Shown here: piece by piece, positions 1 to 9,683 of the stretch
How positions within the stretch are numbered: position 1 is the first letter of the stretch
Layout: each line of letters begins with the position of its first letter
Source of the DNA: Sedimentisphaerales bacterium
Lineage (GTDB): Bacteria > Planctomycetota > Phycisphaerae > Sedimentisphaerales > SM23-30
Reading direction: 5' to 3'
Assembly: GCA_963663805.2 (NCBI GenBank)
Contig: CAXXMR010000033.1
Coordinates: 1-41,294, forward strand
Length of the DNA: 41,294 nucleotides
The notes under the pieces: model-generated
Seen by the model: only the letters and a program-made list of their open reading frames with translations
The model's database searches: none
What the model was told of the DNA's origin: nothing
Translations under genes and position numbers: made by a program

Positions 1-459
1 AGCTGTATGAATGAGTATTTTAGCCATACTGATTTTCGGGAGAAGTATTTTTATGAGCTGCCCTTCGACGAAGCGGAAAGTTTTTGCATGGGTCAGAGCG
101 GTTGGGAGAAATTGATTTTTCAGACCTCGGCTTGTCTTTTGGAGCGGGCGGATTCTTTTCCGGTTTCAATATTCTGTTTTAACTCCGATACGGCGAGGAT
201 TTTTTGCCAGGCCGCCGAACAAGCTAATCTCAAGGTTGGGACAGACGTTTATGTGATATGTTTTGGCGATAAGCCCTTTTGTGCCCGGATGCCCGTCCCT
301 CTGTCATCAGTGAGGATGGATGATACTTTGCTTGGTTATGAATCGGCAAAATTACTGCATGAGGAACTCATCTCGCCGGGACTTACGATTCAGGAGACAC
401 ACAGGGTTTTGCCGGTTGACCTTTTGTTGCGAAAAAGCAGCGGTGTTGAGAAAATTTAA
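1..459 (+). CDS. C-terminal sugar-binding domain of a LacI/GntR-type transcriptional regulator (5' end outside the window)
   Basis: IFCFNSDTA, LKVGTDVYVICFGD, PLSSVRMD..LGYESAKLL and LPVDLLLRKSS match the LacI-type C-terminal ligand-binding domain. The frame is open to the left edge and no HTH is visible. Confidence 0.8.
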   Translation, partial: SCMNEYFSHTDFREKYFYELPFDEAESFCMGQSGWEKLIFQTSACLLERADSFPVSIFCFNSDTARIFCQAAEQANLKVGTDVYVICFGDKPFCARMPVPLSSVRMDDTLLGYESAKLLHEELISPGLTIQETHRVLPVDLLLRKSSGVEKI

Positions 460-477
460 TTTTTACAGGAGGCTACG

Positions 478-3400
478 ATGGAAAGAGTATTGAAGTCAGT
501 GTTTTGTTTGTTATTTTTATTGAGTGGGGTTTCTTCTGGTTTTTCGATTACCAACGGCAGTTTTGAGCAAAGCTGGACCGACTGGCGGACATACGCTGTG
601 GGTGGGGCGGATACGAATTTTACGATAGTTGAAGATGACGCTTATGCCGGCAATCTGGCCGCTTCTATCGAAGTTGTGACGGCTTTGGGCGATACCGGTC
701 TGGACCGATACGGCAGCATGATACCGGTCGAATACGGTGACGCGGTAGGTGTTTCTTTCGCGGCCAAAACTATTTTCGGGAGTGCGAACTTGGTAGTTAT
801 CATCAGTGAATATAATGCCGGGGGCGTTTGGCTGGGCGCCAATTATGTGCACAGTTTTGATCCGGATGACTCTGATTATTCCTTGCATTCTTTTACTCAT
901 TTGGTATCGAATAACAGTTCGGCGGCATATCTCAATTTGTCTTTTACCATTCATGATGATTGGGGTTTGATCGCTGCGGGTCATTACTATGTTGATGATA
1001 TTCAGTTGTATGAAGGCGATGTGCTTTATAACGGGGGCTTTGAGGACGGCGCCAATGGCTGGCGTCCTTATATTGTGGGCGGGAGCGCCAATTTCGGGAT
1101 ATCCAATGATGCTTATGAGGGTAATAACGCCTTTTCATTTGATATTACCAGCCCTGGTATAGATCATGGTCTGGACAGATGGGGCAGCCTGATTCCCGTA
1201 GATTTCGGTAGTGCCGTGGGCATATCTTTTGCAGCGAAGGCTATCAGCACAGGTTCTCTGCTTAATGTTACTGTCGGTGAGTGGAGTGTTTCCGGGAGTT
1301 TCCTGGGGCAGATTGATTATCCTTTTGATATACAAACCGGTTTTTATTCAGTGAACGAATTGTTCCACAGCATTTCTAATCCCGCTACGGACAAGGTAAA
1401 TATCGCTTTTAATGTCAAAGACAGTTTGGGCAACAAAGCTTCGGGGCATTATCTTATTGACGATGTACAGTTTTCCGAGCTACCCCGATTGTTTAATGGT
1501 AATTTTGAGGAAGGTTTGGTTTTGTGGAGAACTGTTGCTGTAAGTGGGGGCTTAGCTGAGTTTACGATTTCGAACGACGCATTTGAGGGCAATAATGCTT
1601 TATCGCTGAATGTTACGAACGCCAGCGGTGACCAGGTAGCTGACAGATTTGGAAGTCTTATCGCGGTCAGCCCAAACGAACAGTTTGGGCTTCACTTTGC
1701 CGCGAAAAAAATATCGGGTGTGAACAATTATCTTTCGGTAACTATCGAGGAATACGACTCCAGCGGCACTATGTTATCCGCTGTGGAGTGGTTGTACGAG
1801 CCGGGTCCGGATTACTCGGAGTTTGTTTACTATTATACGGTAAGCAACAGCGCAGCAACTTCCGTAAATGTAGGCTTTAGGTGTTCTCAGGATTATGGTG
1901 TACGTTCGGTTGGACATTATCTAATCGATGATGTAAATCTTTTTGAAGTTCCTAAACTTTACAATGGCGGTTTTGAGGAGGGGCAGAGATACTGGAGAGC
2001 TTATTCGGTGGGTGGGGCGATAGATTTCAGTATCAGCAGCGATGCTTATAAAGGTTCTAATGCCGCCCTCGTGGCAGTATCGGATCCGGGTATAGATCAC
2101 GGTCTTGACCGGGCAAGTGACCGGGTTCCAGTGGATGCCAATGAAGTCATAACCGTGAGTTTCGCATCTAAAAAGGTTTCGGCTGGAGATACGAGGCTGG
2201 AATTGGCGATTACGGAAGTGGATGAGGAAGGTAATTATCTGGCCCACAACGGTAGATATTATTCGAATCCTTTTTCTTCGGCATACGAAGTCTTCGATTA
2301 CAGCTATAAAGTTCGGGACCCGAACGCTGCCAGTGTAAACATTGCTTACGCGGTTTATGTTTCAGATGAAGTGACAAAGTCGGCAGGAACTTATCTTATC
2401 GATGATATTAAAATGCCGAATCCTCAGATGATTCTTAATCCGGGCTTTGAGCGGGGCTGGGTGGGCTGGCGCGGTTATTCCGTGGCTCCGGGCGCGGCGG
2501 CTTATACATTGAGCAGTGATTCTTTCCGTGGTCTTCAGGCCGCTGAAATCACGGTTACTTCAGGGGGTGGTGACCATGGCCTGGACATTCTGCTTGACCC
2601 TGTAGGTGCTGTTGCGGGCGATAAAATTCTGGTGACATTCGCAGCCAAAAAGTTATCGTCAGACAGCAGTAATCTGCACCTGAAGGTATCGGAATGGATA
2701 GACACGGCTACTCCTGTGACTGAATCTTACGCGATTAAAGCTGTCACGCCGGGCAATGCCTACGAGCAATACAGTTTTTATTATGAGGTTCAGGATGGCG
2801 CGACGGATATGTTAAATGTGGCCTTTGGAGTTTTCGATTCCGCGGGCGAACCAGCTACCGGTACTTATTTGGTTGATGAGGTAAGGCTTGTCAAAGGCAA
2901 TGGTCTGAATATCGCTGATATTAACTTTGATTTAAATGTTGATGTGTATGACTTGAGGTATCTGGCTAGTTCCTGGCTTGACTCTGAGTTGGTTATTGGT
3001 CCGGTAGTGAACGTGGATGATTTTGAATCTTACTCTGACCAGAGTGCGTTAATAGTCAGCTGGCAGGAATTTTACTGGGCTTCTTTTAACGGCTCCACGA
3101 CTACCAGTTCGGTTTCTCTGTTGACGAGTCCGGCTAATGTTTACAGCGGAGCTCAGTCGATGCGCTGGGTCTATGACGCTAATGATGTAAGCGGTCAGGG
3201 TTTCAACTTTACCGACATAGTTTTGACTCTTGATGAGCCCATCGATTTGAGAGGCGCCGAATCGGTGAAGGTTTTACTGAACCGTCATGCCGGCAACAGC
3301 CAGGAGAATATCCTTTACATCAAGTTCTTCGAAGGTGCCGTTGATGTTGCCAATATCCGAGGTTTGGGTATTCATCTGAGCAGATATAACGGTTCAACAT

Positions 3401-3681
3401 ACTCTCCGGTAGGCTGGGCGGAATGGACGGCCATGCTGGATGATTATATAGGCTATGACCCGGCTGAACTGGACGAAGTGACCGCGATCAATATCGGCTG
3501 TTACAGCCCCGAAGAAGACAGCACCGCTGGCAGCGGAGTCATAGATATTGATGACATCAGAATTGTCTATCCGGATTATTGTGCGAGCTATTTAGTCGGC
3601 GACATCAATGGTGATTGTCAGGTTGATTTTACGGACTTCGCAATTATGGGTCAGAATTGGCTGGATACTTTGGCATACTGA
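478..3681 (+). CDS. Secreted multi-domain carbohydrate-binding protein: five CBM4/9-like (galactose-binding fold) repeats, a further CBM-like domain and dockerin-like motifs
   Basis: RBS AGGAGG and a signal peptide. Five N-[GP]-x-F-E repeats start at nt 553, 1030, 1495, 1963 and 2437, each ending G-x-Y-x-[VI]-D-[DE]. Dockerin-like segments ADINFDLNVDVYDL...WL and GDINGDCQVDFTDF...WL. Confidence 0.75.
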   Translation: MERVLKSVFCLLFLLSGVSSGFSITNGSFEQSWTDWRTYAVGGADTNFTIVEDDAYAGNLAASIEVVTALGDTGLDRYGSMIPVEYGDAVGVSFAAKTIFGSANLVVIISEYNAGGVWLGANYVHSFDPDDSDYSLHSFTHLVSNNSSAAYLNLSFTIHDDWGLIAAGHYYVDDIQLYEGDVLYNGGFEDGANGWRPYIVGGSANFGISNDAYEGNNAFSFDITSPGIDHGLDRWGSLIPVDFGSAVGISFAAKAISTGSLLNVTVGEWSVSGSFLGQIDYPFDIQTGFYSVNELFHSISNPATDKVNIAFNVKDSLGNKASGHYLIDDVQFSELPRLFNGNFEEGLVLWRTVAVSGGLAEFTISNDAFEGNNALSLNVTNASGDQVADRFGSLIAVSPNEQFGLHFAAKKISGVNNYLSVTIEEYDSSGTMLSAVEWLYEPGPDYSEFVYYYTVSNSAATSVNVGFRCSQDYGVRSVGHYLIDDVNLFEVPKLYNGGFEEGQRYWRAYSVGGAIDFSISSDAYKGSNAALVAVSDPGIDHGLDRASDRVPVDANEVITVSFASKKVSAGDTRLELAITEVDEEGNYLAHNGRYYSNPFSSAYEVFDYSYKVRDPNAASVNIAYAVYVSDEVTKSAGTYLIDDIKMPNPQMILNPGFERGWVGWRGYSVAPGAAAYTLSSDSFRGLQAAEITVTSGGGDHGLDILLDPVGAVAGDKILVTFAAKKLSSDSSNLHLKVSEWIDTATPVTESYAIKAVTPGNAYEQYSFYYEVQDGATDMLNVAFGVFDSAGEPATGTYLVDEVRLVKGNGLNIADINFDLNVDVYDLRYLASSWLDSELVIGPVVNVDDFESYSDQSALIVSWQEFYWASFNGSTTTSSVSLLTSPANVYSGAQSMRWVYDANDVSGQGFNFTDIVLTLDEPIDLRGAESVKVLLNRHAGNSQENILYIKFFEGAVDVANIRGLGIHLSRYNGSTYSPVGWAEWTAMLDDYIGYDPAELDEVTAINIGCYSPEEDSTAGSGVIDIDDIRIVYPDYCASYLVGDINGDCQVDFTDFAIMGQNWLDTLAY

Positions 3682-3736
3682 TGTTTCTGAAGAACGTAAT
3701 ATGTTTTTAGGGCCACCGTTTACGGTTTTTATACGC

Positions 3737-6277
3737 ATGATTAAAAGAAGATTGTTACTTATTTTGTTGTTGATTTGTTTTTTGGGCAACAGTGTCGGGG
3801 TTTACGCTGCGACGCTGCCTACTATTTACAAATGGGATATGCGTTTTGTTTACGGCTGGCCCAGAAATCTGCAATATGACATGATGCATATGGCGGTTGG
3901 TTTACAGGGTCTGGCTAACCGTCAGGCTCCGCGGGTTTTTCTTATTTTTAATGACGATGACGCGGCCTGGCTTGACCGATTGGTCGAGCCGGGCGGCCTT
4001 TGCCAGGGCTGGTCCATTCAGACGATAAACAATATTCAGGATTATGTGAACCGTTTTTCCAGCTATGCTCAGGGTGTTTACCTTTACGCTGCCTCGCCGG
4101 AAACCGGAGTTGATTCGACCAGTCTGGCGGCTACTTCAGCGGCGGCGGCGGATGATTGTATCGCATTGAGAAATGATCCGAGCAGCGGAGTTTATAAAAC
4201 CTTAGTTACTAATCTTACTGGTCCGCAGTTGCCAATAGTGAAGGACTTGACCGGCAAATTTACCGGTACGGGCACAATTTGGGAGACCTCATTGCCCAGT
4301 ACGGGCAGCGCTAAATGCGACGCTTATTACTGGCTGGGGGAAAACTATATTAAGCAAGGCAAATGCGATACCACAAAAATAATTTACGGTATGGATTTGT
4401 GGGGTCTGAAACCTGAAATACCCATTGATAACGCTTTACTTCGGAATCTGGATTACGTTTTCAGTGGTGGGGCTGTTTGTTTTGAGCTTTCCCCTTGGGG
4501 TAATGAAATACCCAATGATGATCCGGGTCAGCCTTTGGGAACGGATTTGAACACATTCAGGTATCTTCTGGATGTCTGTAATCAACAAAACAATTACAGC
4601 AAGATGATAAAGTTTTGCGGGTTTCCGAACTGGGCTTATAAATATACTACTGAAGTGGGCGGCAGTCATGAGCCCGTACCAACAGAATGGGAGACGGTCA
4701 GGATTGTATCGGCTTATAACTGTTACATGGAAGCGGACGCTTTAGCAGCCCTTACCAATGGATCGTTTTATGCTGGTCTTAAACCAGCCCTTGAGTCGAG
4801 AATGTATGTCCAAAACAGCCCTCCGAGTTATCAGGATATGGTTAATCAGGGCTATATCGATTCTTCCGGCAATGTTGTTGCCAACAATTACATAATGATT
4901 TATATGGGCGATTATGACAATACGGCATGGATGCTTTACTGGTTAGGCAATGATCGTTTCAATGATTCAGAAAGAGGCAATGTTGCTTGCAATTGGGCCC
5001 TGAACCCCTCTTCAATTGATCGTGTGGGGGCAGCTTTTGATTATTTTTACCGGAACAAAACCGATAAGGATTTTTTTATTGCTCCGGATTCCGGGGTTGG
5101 CTATGTAAACCCATCACAGCTATATGGCAGCAGATATTATTCGGGCTATGGTGATGCACGGCAAATGTATCAAAAGCTCTGCCAGGATTATTACCGAACG
5201 CTGGACTATTCTATCACCGGCTGGCTATTGAACGGCTATAGTGGGACACTTACAAGTACAGATGCCGATATTTATGTGCCTTTCAGTTGTGACGGGATTG
5301 GCACCAATACCGGTTTCAGTTCTGTGCAGCTTAGAGACAATGTTCCGGTGTATAAACGCTACAGCCTGGACCTTTACAGTTACAATATATCAGCATCAAT
5401 ATTAGGGCTGCACAATGGTTCGGGGGTGAATTTTAACTGGTATAGAGGAATACTTCTTTATCCGAGCAATCTAAAGCAGGTTGAGGATGAGATAGCGGCG
5501 TTGGGGTGGGACTATAAATTACTGGATGCTTACACCTTTTATTATCTGCTTAGATATTATAACGGCGGCAATAATGATTACAGAGCAACCTGGCTTTCGC
5601 ATGATATTCCCCCGGTATTACAGACAAGTCAGGAATATACCGCGAGCATAACTGTTCGTAATGACGGGTGGGACAGCTGGTCTGAGGCCGATATGTATCG
5701 GTTAGCCTATGTGGTTGTTCCTGCCGGGCAATCTGTTGATATTATGGATTTGAACAGTAATGGAAGATTTTATCTTGGAGCTTCAGAAGTAGTCCATACC
5801 GGCCAGAGCTGCTCATTTGAAGTTGGTATTGATATTCCGGCCAGTCCGGGAAATTACTCTATCTATTTTGACATGGTTAGAGACGCTGTTACCTGGTTTA
5901 GTTCCCGGAATAATATTCTCTGGAAAGTTGATATTGTTGTAGTTGATGATGTTATGTCGGTTGACAGTGACGGTGATTTTGTGCCGGATGTAATTGAGAT
6001 TGAAAACGGTCTATTGCCCTGGCATCCTGATGATGGTGAGTGTGGAGATATTCATAGCCTGGTTGCGGACATTTCCGGGGAGAATGATATTCCCGACTGC
6101 TATGTTAATTATTATGATTTATCCAGAATAGCGGACGCCTGGCTTACTTCTGATACCCTGGCGGACATTTCCGGGCCCAATGGTGACCGCGATGGAGTTG
6201 TCAGTCTTTATGATATATCGGTTTTGGCCGCGGAGTGGATGTTGTGTAACAATCCTGACGATGTCTCCTGTTGGTAA
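3737..6277 (+). CDS. Secreted GxGYxYP-family putative glycoside hydrolase with Ig-like (NBR1-like) domain and C-terminal dockerin-like pair
   Basis: Start moved to ATG 3737, which gives the signal peptide MIKRRLLLILLLICFLG. Motifs LQGLANR, MGDYD and DSGVGYVNP. TVRNDGWDSW...PGNYSIYFDMV is Ig-like, DSDGDFVPD is a Ca-binding-like loop, and there are two ADISG...D..V...D...W repeats. Confidence 0.75.
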   Translation: MIKRRLLLILLLICFLGNSVGVYAATLPTIYKWDMRFVYGWPRNLQYDMMHMAVGLQGLANRQAPRVFLIFNDDDAAWLDRLVEPGGLCQGWSIQTINNIQDYVNRFSSYAQGVYLYAASPETGVDSTSLAATSAAAADDCIALRNDPSSGVYKTLVTNLTGPQLPIVKDLTGKFTGTGTIWETSLPSTGSAKCDAYYWLGENYIKQGKCDTTKIIYGMDLWGLKPEIPIDNALLRNLDYVFSGGAVCFELSPWGNEIPNDDPGQPLGTDLNTFRYLLDVCNQQNNYSKMIKFCGFPNWAYKYTTEVGGSHEPVPTEWETVRIVSAYNCYMEADALAALTNGSFYAGLKPALESRMYVQNSPPSYQDMVNQGYIDSSGNVVANNYIMIYMGDYDNTAWMLYWLGNDRFNDSERGNVACNWALNPSSIDRVGAAFDYFYRNKTDKDFFIAPDSGVGYVNPSQLYGSRYYSGYGDARQMYQKLCQDYYRTLDYSITGWLLNGYSGTLTSTDADIYVPFSCDGIGTNTGFSSVQLRDNVPVYKRYSLDLYSYNISASILGLHNGSGVNFNWYRGILLYPSNLKQVEDEIAALGWDYKLLDAYTFYYLLRYYNGGNNDYRATWLSHDIPPVLQTSQEYTASITVRNDGWDSWSEADMYRLAYVVVPAGQSVDIMDLNSNGRFYLGASEVVHTGQSCSFEVGIDIPASPGNYSIYFDMVRDAVTWFSSRNNILWKVDIVVVDDVMSVDSDGDFVPDVIEIENGLLPWHPDDGECGDIHSLVADISGENDIPDCYVNYYDLSRIADAWLTSDTLADISGPNGDRDGVVSLYDISVLAAEWMLCNNPDDVSCW

Positions 6278-6305
6278 ACTGACATTGACGAAAAGGAGCT
6301 TTACT

Positions 6306-7133
6306 GTGAAGAAAAATAGAGGTTTTACCCTGGTTGAATTACTGGTTGTGGTGGCTATTATAGCCCTTCTGGTTTCTATTCTTTTGCCAGCTCTGGGCAA
6401 GGCCCGCAAACAGGCCAAGCAGATTGTCTGCGCTTCCAATCTGCATAACTGGTCCATAGCGTTTCAGGCTTATGTCTCAGATAATAATCGGCTTTTGAGT
6501 TCCTACCGTCCCAGCGGCGCCACCGCTGGGCCAGTTCCCGGCCATGTTTTGATGGCTCAGAATACAGAAGACAGTCCCTGGAGAAATAACATCAATATGG
6601 AATCCCTGTCACCTTATATTGAAGGTTTTGACCTGGATTCCGAGCAGCTAAGCGATGTTTGGACCTGTCCGGACAGTGCTATCAACCGGAAAAAGCTTTT
6701 TGAGGAATGGTCAAGCTGGAAGGGTGTCTCAAATGTAAACAATATCTGGTTTCCGGTAACTTATTCGTATTTTGCCCGAGCTGACGAATGGTCTGATTTT
6801 ACGAACAGGCCCAAGGAGTTGACCGGACAGCAGCTTTCTGGTAATAAACTGCTCATGTCTGACAACATCTACCGCTGGCAGGTGACCGGAGCCTGGTGGT
6901 TTAATCACGGCACAAACAAATCATCAGTGCATGATATTCGTTTTGGGCAAAATGAATTCATCGGGGTGCCCTCTTTTGCCGGATGCAATCAGATGTTTGG
7001 TGATGGGTCGGTGAGATGGAAAAGAGGTTCTGAGTTTGATTTTGAGAAAATGAACCTTTGCCATCCAGATGTGCCTCAGGTTTTCTCTTGGGGGACCAGT
7101 CCCTCAACCAGCGCCGCCGCAACATTCTGGTGA
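6306..7133 (+). CDS. Prepilin-type N-terminal cleavage/methylation protein (DUF1559 / H-X9-DG-type planctomycete pilin-like)
   Basis: RBS AAGGAG and GTG at 6306. Sequence G|FTLVELLVVVAIIALLVSILLPALGKAR..AK..VCASNL, with C-terminal CNQMFGDGSVRW. Confidence 0.88.
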   Translation: MKKNRGFTLVELLVVVAIIALLVSILLPALGKARKQAKQIVCASNLHNWSIAFQAYVSDNNRLLSSYRPSGATAGPVPGHVLMAQNTEDSPWRNNINMESLSPYIEGFDLDSEQLSDVWTCPDSAINRKKLFEEWSSWKGVSNVNNIWFPVTYSYFARADEWSDFTNRPKELTGQQLSGNKLLMSDNIYRWQVTGAWWFNHGTNKSSVHDIRFGQNEFIGVPSFAGCNQMFGDGSVRWKRGSEFDFEKMNLCHPDVPQVFSWGTSPSTSAAATFW

Positions 7134-7259
7134 TCTAACGGTTTATAAGATTTTTCTGAACAGGTTTCAGAAATTATTATAATCGCAAAGCAGATTTCCG
7201 GGGGTATATTTGTATACACATAATTCGACTTTGTATGTTTATGGCAACTTCAATACACC

Positions 7260-9683
7260 ATGAAGGATATTCTGATGTTAAAACTAAAAGACTTTGTCTT
7301 TGTGGTCTTAATTCTGACCTTTTTCCTGACCGGTATCCGGGCCGCAGAACCATATTCCTTGTCGGATGATGTGGTCGTATTTGATTTATGGCGTTTTTTT
7401 GATGAAGCTAAACTTGAAACTATAGAAGAAAGAGCCAACGCTCTTTATTTCATAACCGCTCTACAGGGTTTGGCCAACCGTGACGCACCCAAATTGTATC
7501 TGGACGCCTCTCTGGTCCTCTTTGATGTGGAAACCACACATTATTATAATCCTGATTATAGAAAAAAACCGGTCCGTGAATTAGATCAATACTGGCTGAA
7601 ATATTTTGAACAGCAGGGCTATTTTCAGAATATTCATCTGAAAAGAACCAGTCGATTAGATGAATTACTCTCAGTCTATCAGCAATATTATGACGGTCTG
7701 GTACTCTGGACCATGGCGGTGCCAGCAACTTCAAATTTGGCCTTAACTGCTGCTGGGTGCGAATCTTTACTTCCCGTCAGTAAAGATCTGGATGGGGATA
7801 GGTTTTATGCTTATCTCGACAGCCTGAAGCAGCCCTTGCCCGTAAAACTGGATTTGACTCAGAAATTTGACGGTCGTAATTCGATTATAGTCGATGGTGT
7901 CACCTTCCCAGGCACCTTAAGTGCCAAGAATGACTGTTATAAATATCTGATAGAAAAATATCTCAGGCCTGGCCTCGCCAATCCTTTCAAAATGTGGTAC
8001 AATTGTGATGCTTCGATGTTGGGTAAATTTCGCAGTCATTACGCCCAAAAGGATTTTGGCTATCTGGGAGACCGTAACGAACTTCAGCATAACGGCATGT
8101 ATAATGCCGATTACTGGGTTGCCCAGAAAGCCGTCTTTTTTGACCTCTATCCCTGGCCGGACTCTGTCCCTGCCGATGATCCCGGCCAGACTCTCGGCGC
8201 GGACCACAAAACCTGGAATGATTTGCTGGAAGTATCGTATCATCTCCGCAAAGGAGAATTCGGCATTGTGGGAGGATTTGTGCCCTGGTGGATTAAATAT
8301 ACTTCCCACACCGGTGCCAAGCATGATCCTGTACCAACTGAGTGGGAATTTGTCTCCTTGTTAAGTTCTTATAATATGGGAAATGATGCCGACGCGGCTT
8401 TTGGCATAGCCAATGCTTCCTTTTTTCAGCATCTGCCCTCCGTCAGTGCTGAACAAGCTGGTTTTGTCGCTCCGAAAAAGGTCGCTTATGACCCGAATGC
8501 GATATATATAGTTTTTTTGATGCTTGATTATGACGGCAGTGCCTGGGCCAATCAGATGGTCCCGGCGATATATGATGACCCCGCCCGCGGCAAACTGGCT
8601 CTAAACTGGTGCGTTAATACCGCTTTGAATTACAGAGTGCCCCATGTGGTGAAATATCTCTATGACTACAAAACACCCGGCGACTTTTTAGGATTTAGCG
8701 GTGACGGTGCCACCTACGTACAAGTTGACAGCCTGATCAACCGCAAAGGGCGCGTCAAAGAATCCGGAGTACCATATTACGAAAAATTCGCCCAGCAATT
8801 GAACGAGCGTTACGGTGTAAAATACAATGTATTTTATATTGAGGGCAGCTTTAACCAGGAATGGGCCAAGATTGCCGCCCGGACCAGTCCTCACGGATTC
8901 GGCACTAATCTGCCTGTACAACAACAATTGATAGACCAAACGCCAGTAAATTATGTGGAATCTTTCCACGTTAGTAGCGTACCGGATTTGGAAAAAAGAC
9001 TTGAGCAAATTTACGCCCAAAATGTCGAAAACACACAATATCAAGCGGAGTTCTATGCCTTCAGATGTATCCTCATGAAGCCGACAATGCTTTATGAGGC
9101 GGTAAACAAAGCCCAGGCCAAATTCCCCGCAGCAAATGTACATATTATTGATGTAGATAATTTCTACAAACTCTTAAAGCACAAACTTGTCACACCATTT
9201 AAAACTCCTTACAGCGACAGCGCAAAAGTTACTTGTTCTCCGGAGAATTCTCAGGGATTGACGTTAATCGAGGCCGCGGAGGGTTCCGGCAGTATTGTCA
9301 CGATCAATGATTATTCCGGCTGGCAGGTTTCCTGTCCCCCAAAAATCTCTTATCTCTATTTTGCCGTTGATCAGGGTTTTAGACAAAATCTCGGCCCTGA
9401 GCTGGCCATCGAGATTGAATATTATGATGATATTCAGGGGGAATTATATCTGGAGTATAATTCTTCTGATGAAACGGCCACTTTGTCAGGAGCTTATAAG
9501 CTTCATACGCAGAAGATAACGCTGACCGGAACCAAAAACTGGAAGTCTGAGCGATTCGTATTACCGGATTCCTTGTTCTCCGGCAGACAGAACGGTCTTG
9601 CGGATTTTCGCTTTGTCAATTTGTCGTCCCAACCTTTCGTTATTAAAAAAGTAACCGTATCCAAGCCTCGGGAACGTAATTGA
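7260..9683 (+). CDS. Second secreted GxGYxYP-family protein with a C-terminal beta-sandwich accessory domain
   Basis: Signal peptide. Shares LQGLANR, DDPGQxLG, HxPVPTEWE, xDYD and NW motifs with the 3737 protein. The signature position reads GDGATYVQV. The start could instead be ATG 7275. Confidence 0.72.
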   Translation: MKDILMLKLKDFVFVVLILTFFLTGIRAAEPYSLSDDVVVFDLWRFFDEAKLETIEERANALYFITALQGLANRDAPKLYLDASLVLFDVETTHYYNPDYRKKPVRELDQYWLKYFEQQGYFQNIHLKRTSRLDELLSVYQQYYDGLVLWTMAVPATSNLALTAAGCESLLPVSKDLDGDRFYAYLDSLKQPLPVKLDLTQKFDGRNSIIVDGVTFPGTLSAKNDCYKYLIEKYLRPGLANPFKMWYNCDASMLGKFRSHYAQKDFGYLGDRNELQHNGMYNADYWVAQKAVFFDLYPWPDSVPADDPGQTLGADHKTWNDLLEVSYHLRKGEFGIVGGFVPWWIKYTSHTGAKHDPVPTEWEFVSLLSSYNMGNDADAAFGIANASFFQHLPSVSAEQAGFVAPKKVAYDPNAIYIVFLMLDYDGSAWANQMVPAIYDDPARGKLALNWCVNTALNYRVPHVVKYLYDYKTPGDFLGFSGDGATYVQVDSLINRKGRVKESGVPYYEKFAQQLNERYGVKYNVFYIEGSFNQEWAKIAARTSPHGFGTNLPVQQQLIDQTPVNYVESFHVSSVPDLEKRLEQIYAQNVENTQYQAEFYAFRCILMKPTMLYEAVNKAQAKFPAANVHIIDVDNFYKLLKHKLVTPFKTPYSDSAKVTCSPENSQGLTLIEAAEGSGSIVTINDYSGWQVSCPPKISYLYFAVDQGFRQNLGPELAIEIEYYDDIQGELYLEYNSSDETATLSGAYKLHTQKITLTGTKNWKSERFVLPDSLFSGRQNGLADFRFVNLSSQPFVIKKVTVSKPRERN

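Noticed and set aside
3608..3736. ORF-track N-terminal extensions (also 6180-6305, 19654-19734 and 29891-29962)
   Set aside because: They overlap upstream genes or lack an RBS. The downstream starts give proper signal peptides, prepilin leaders or domain starts.
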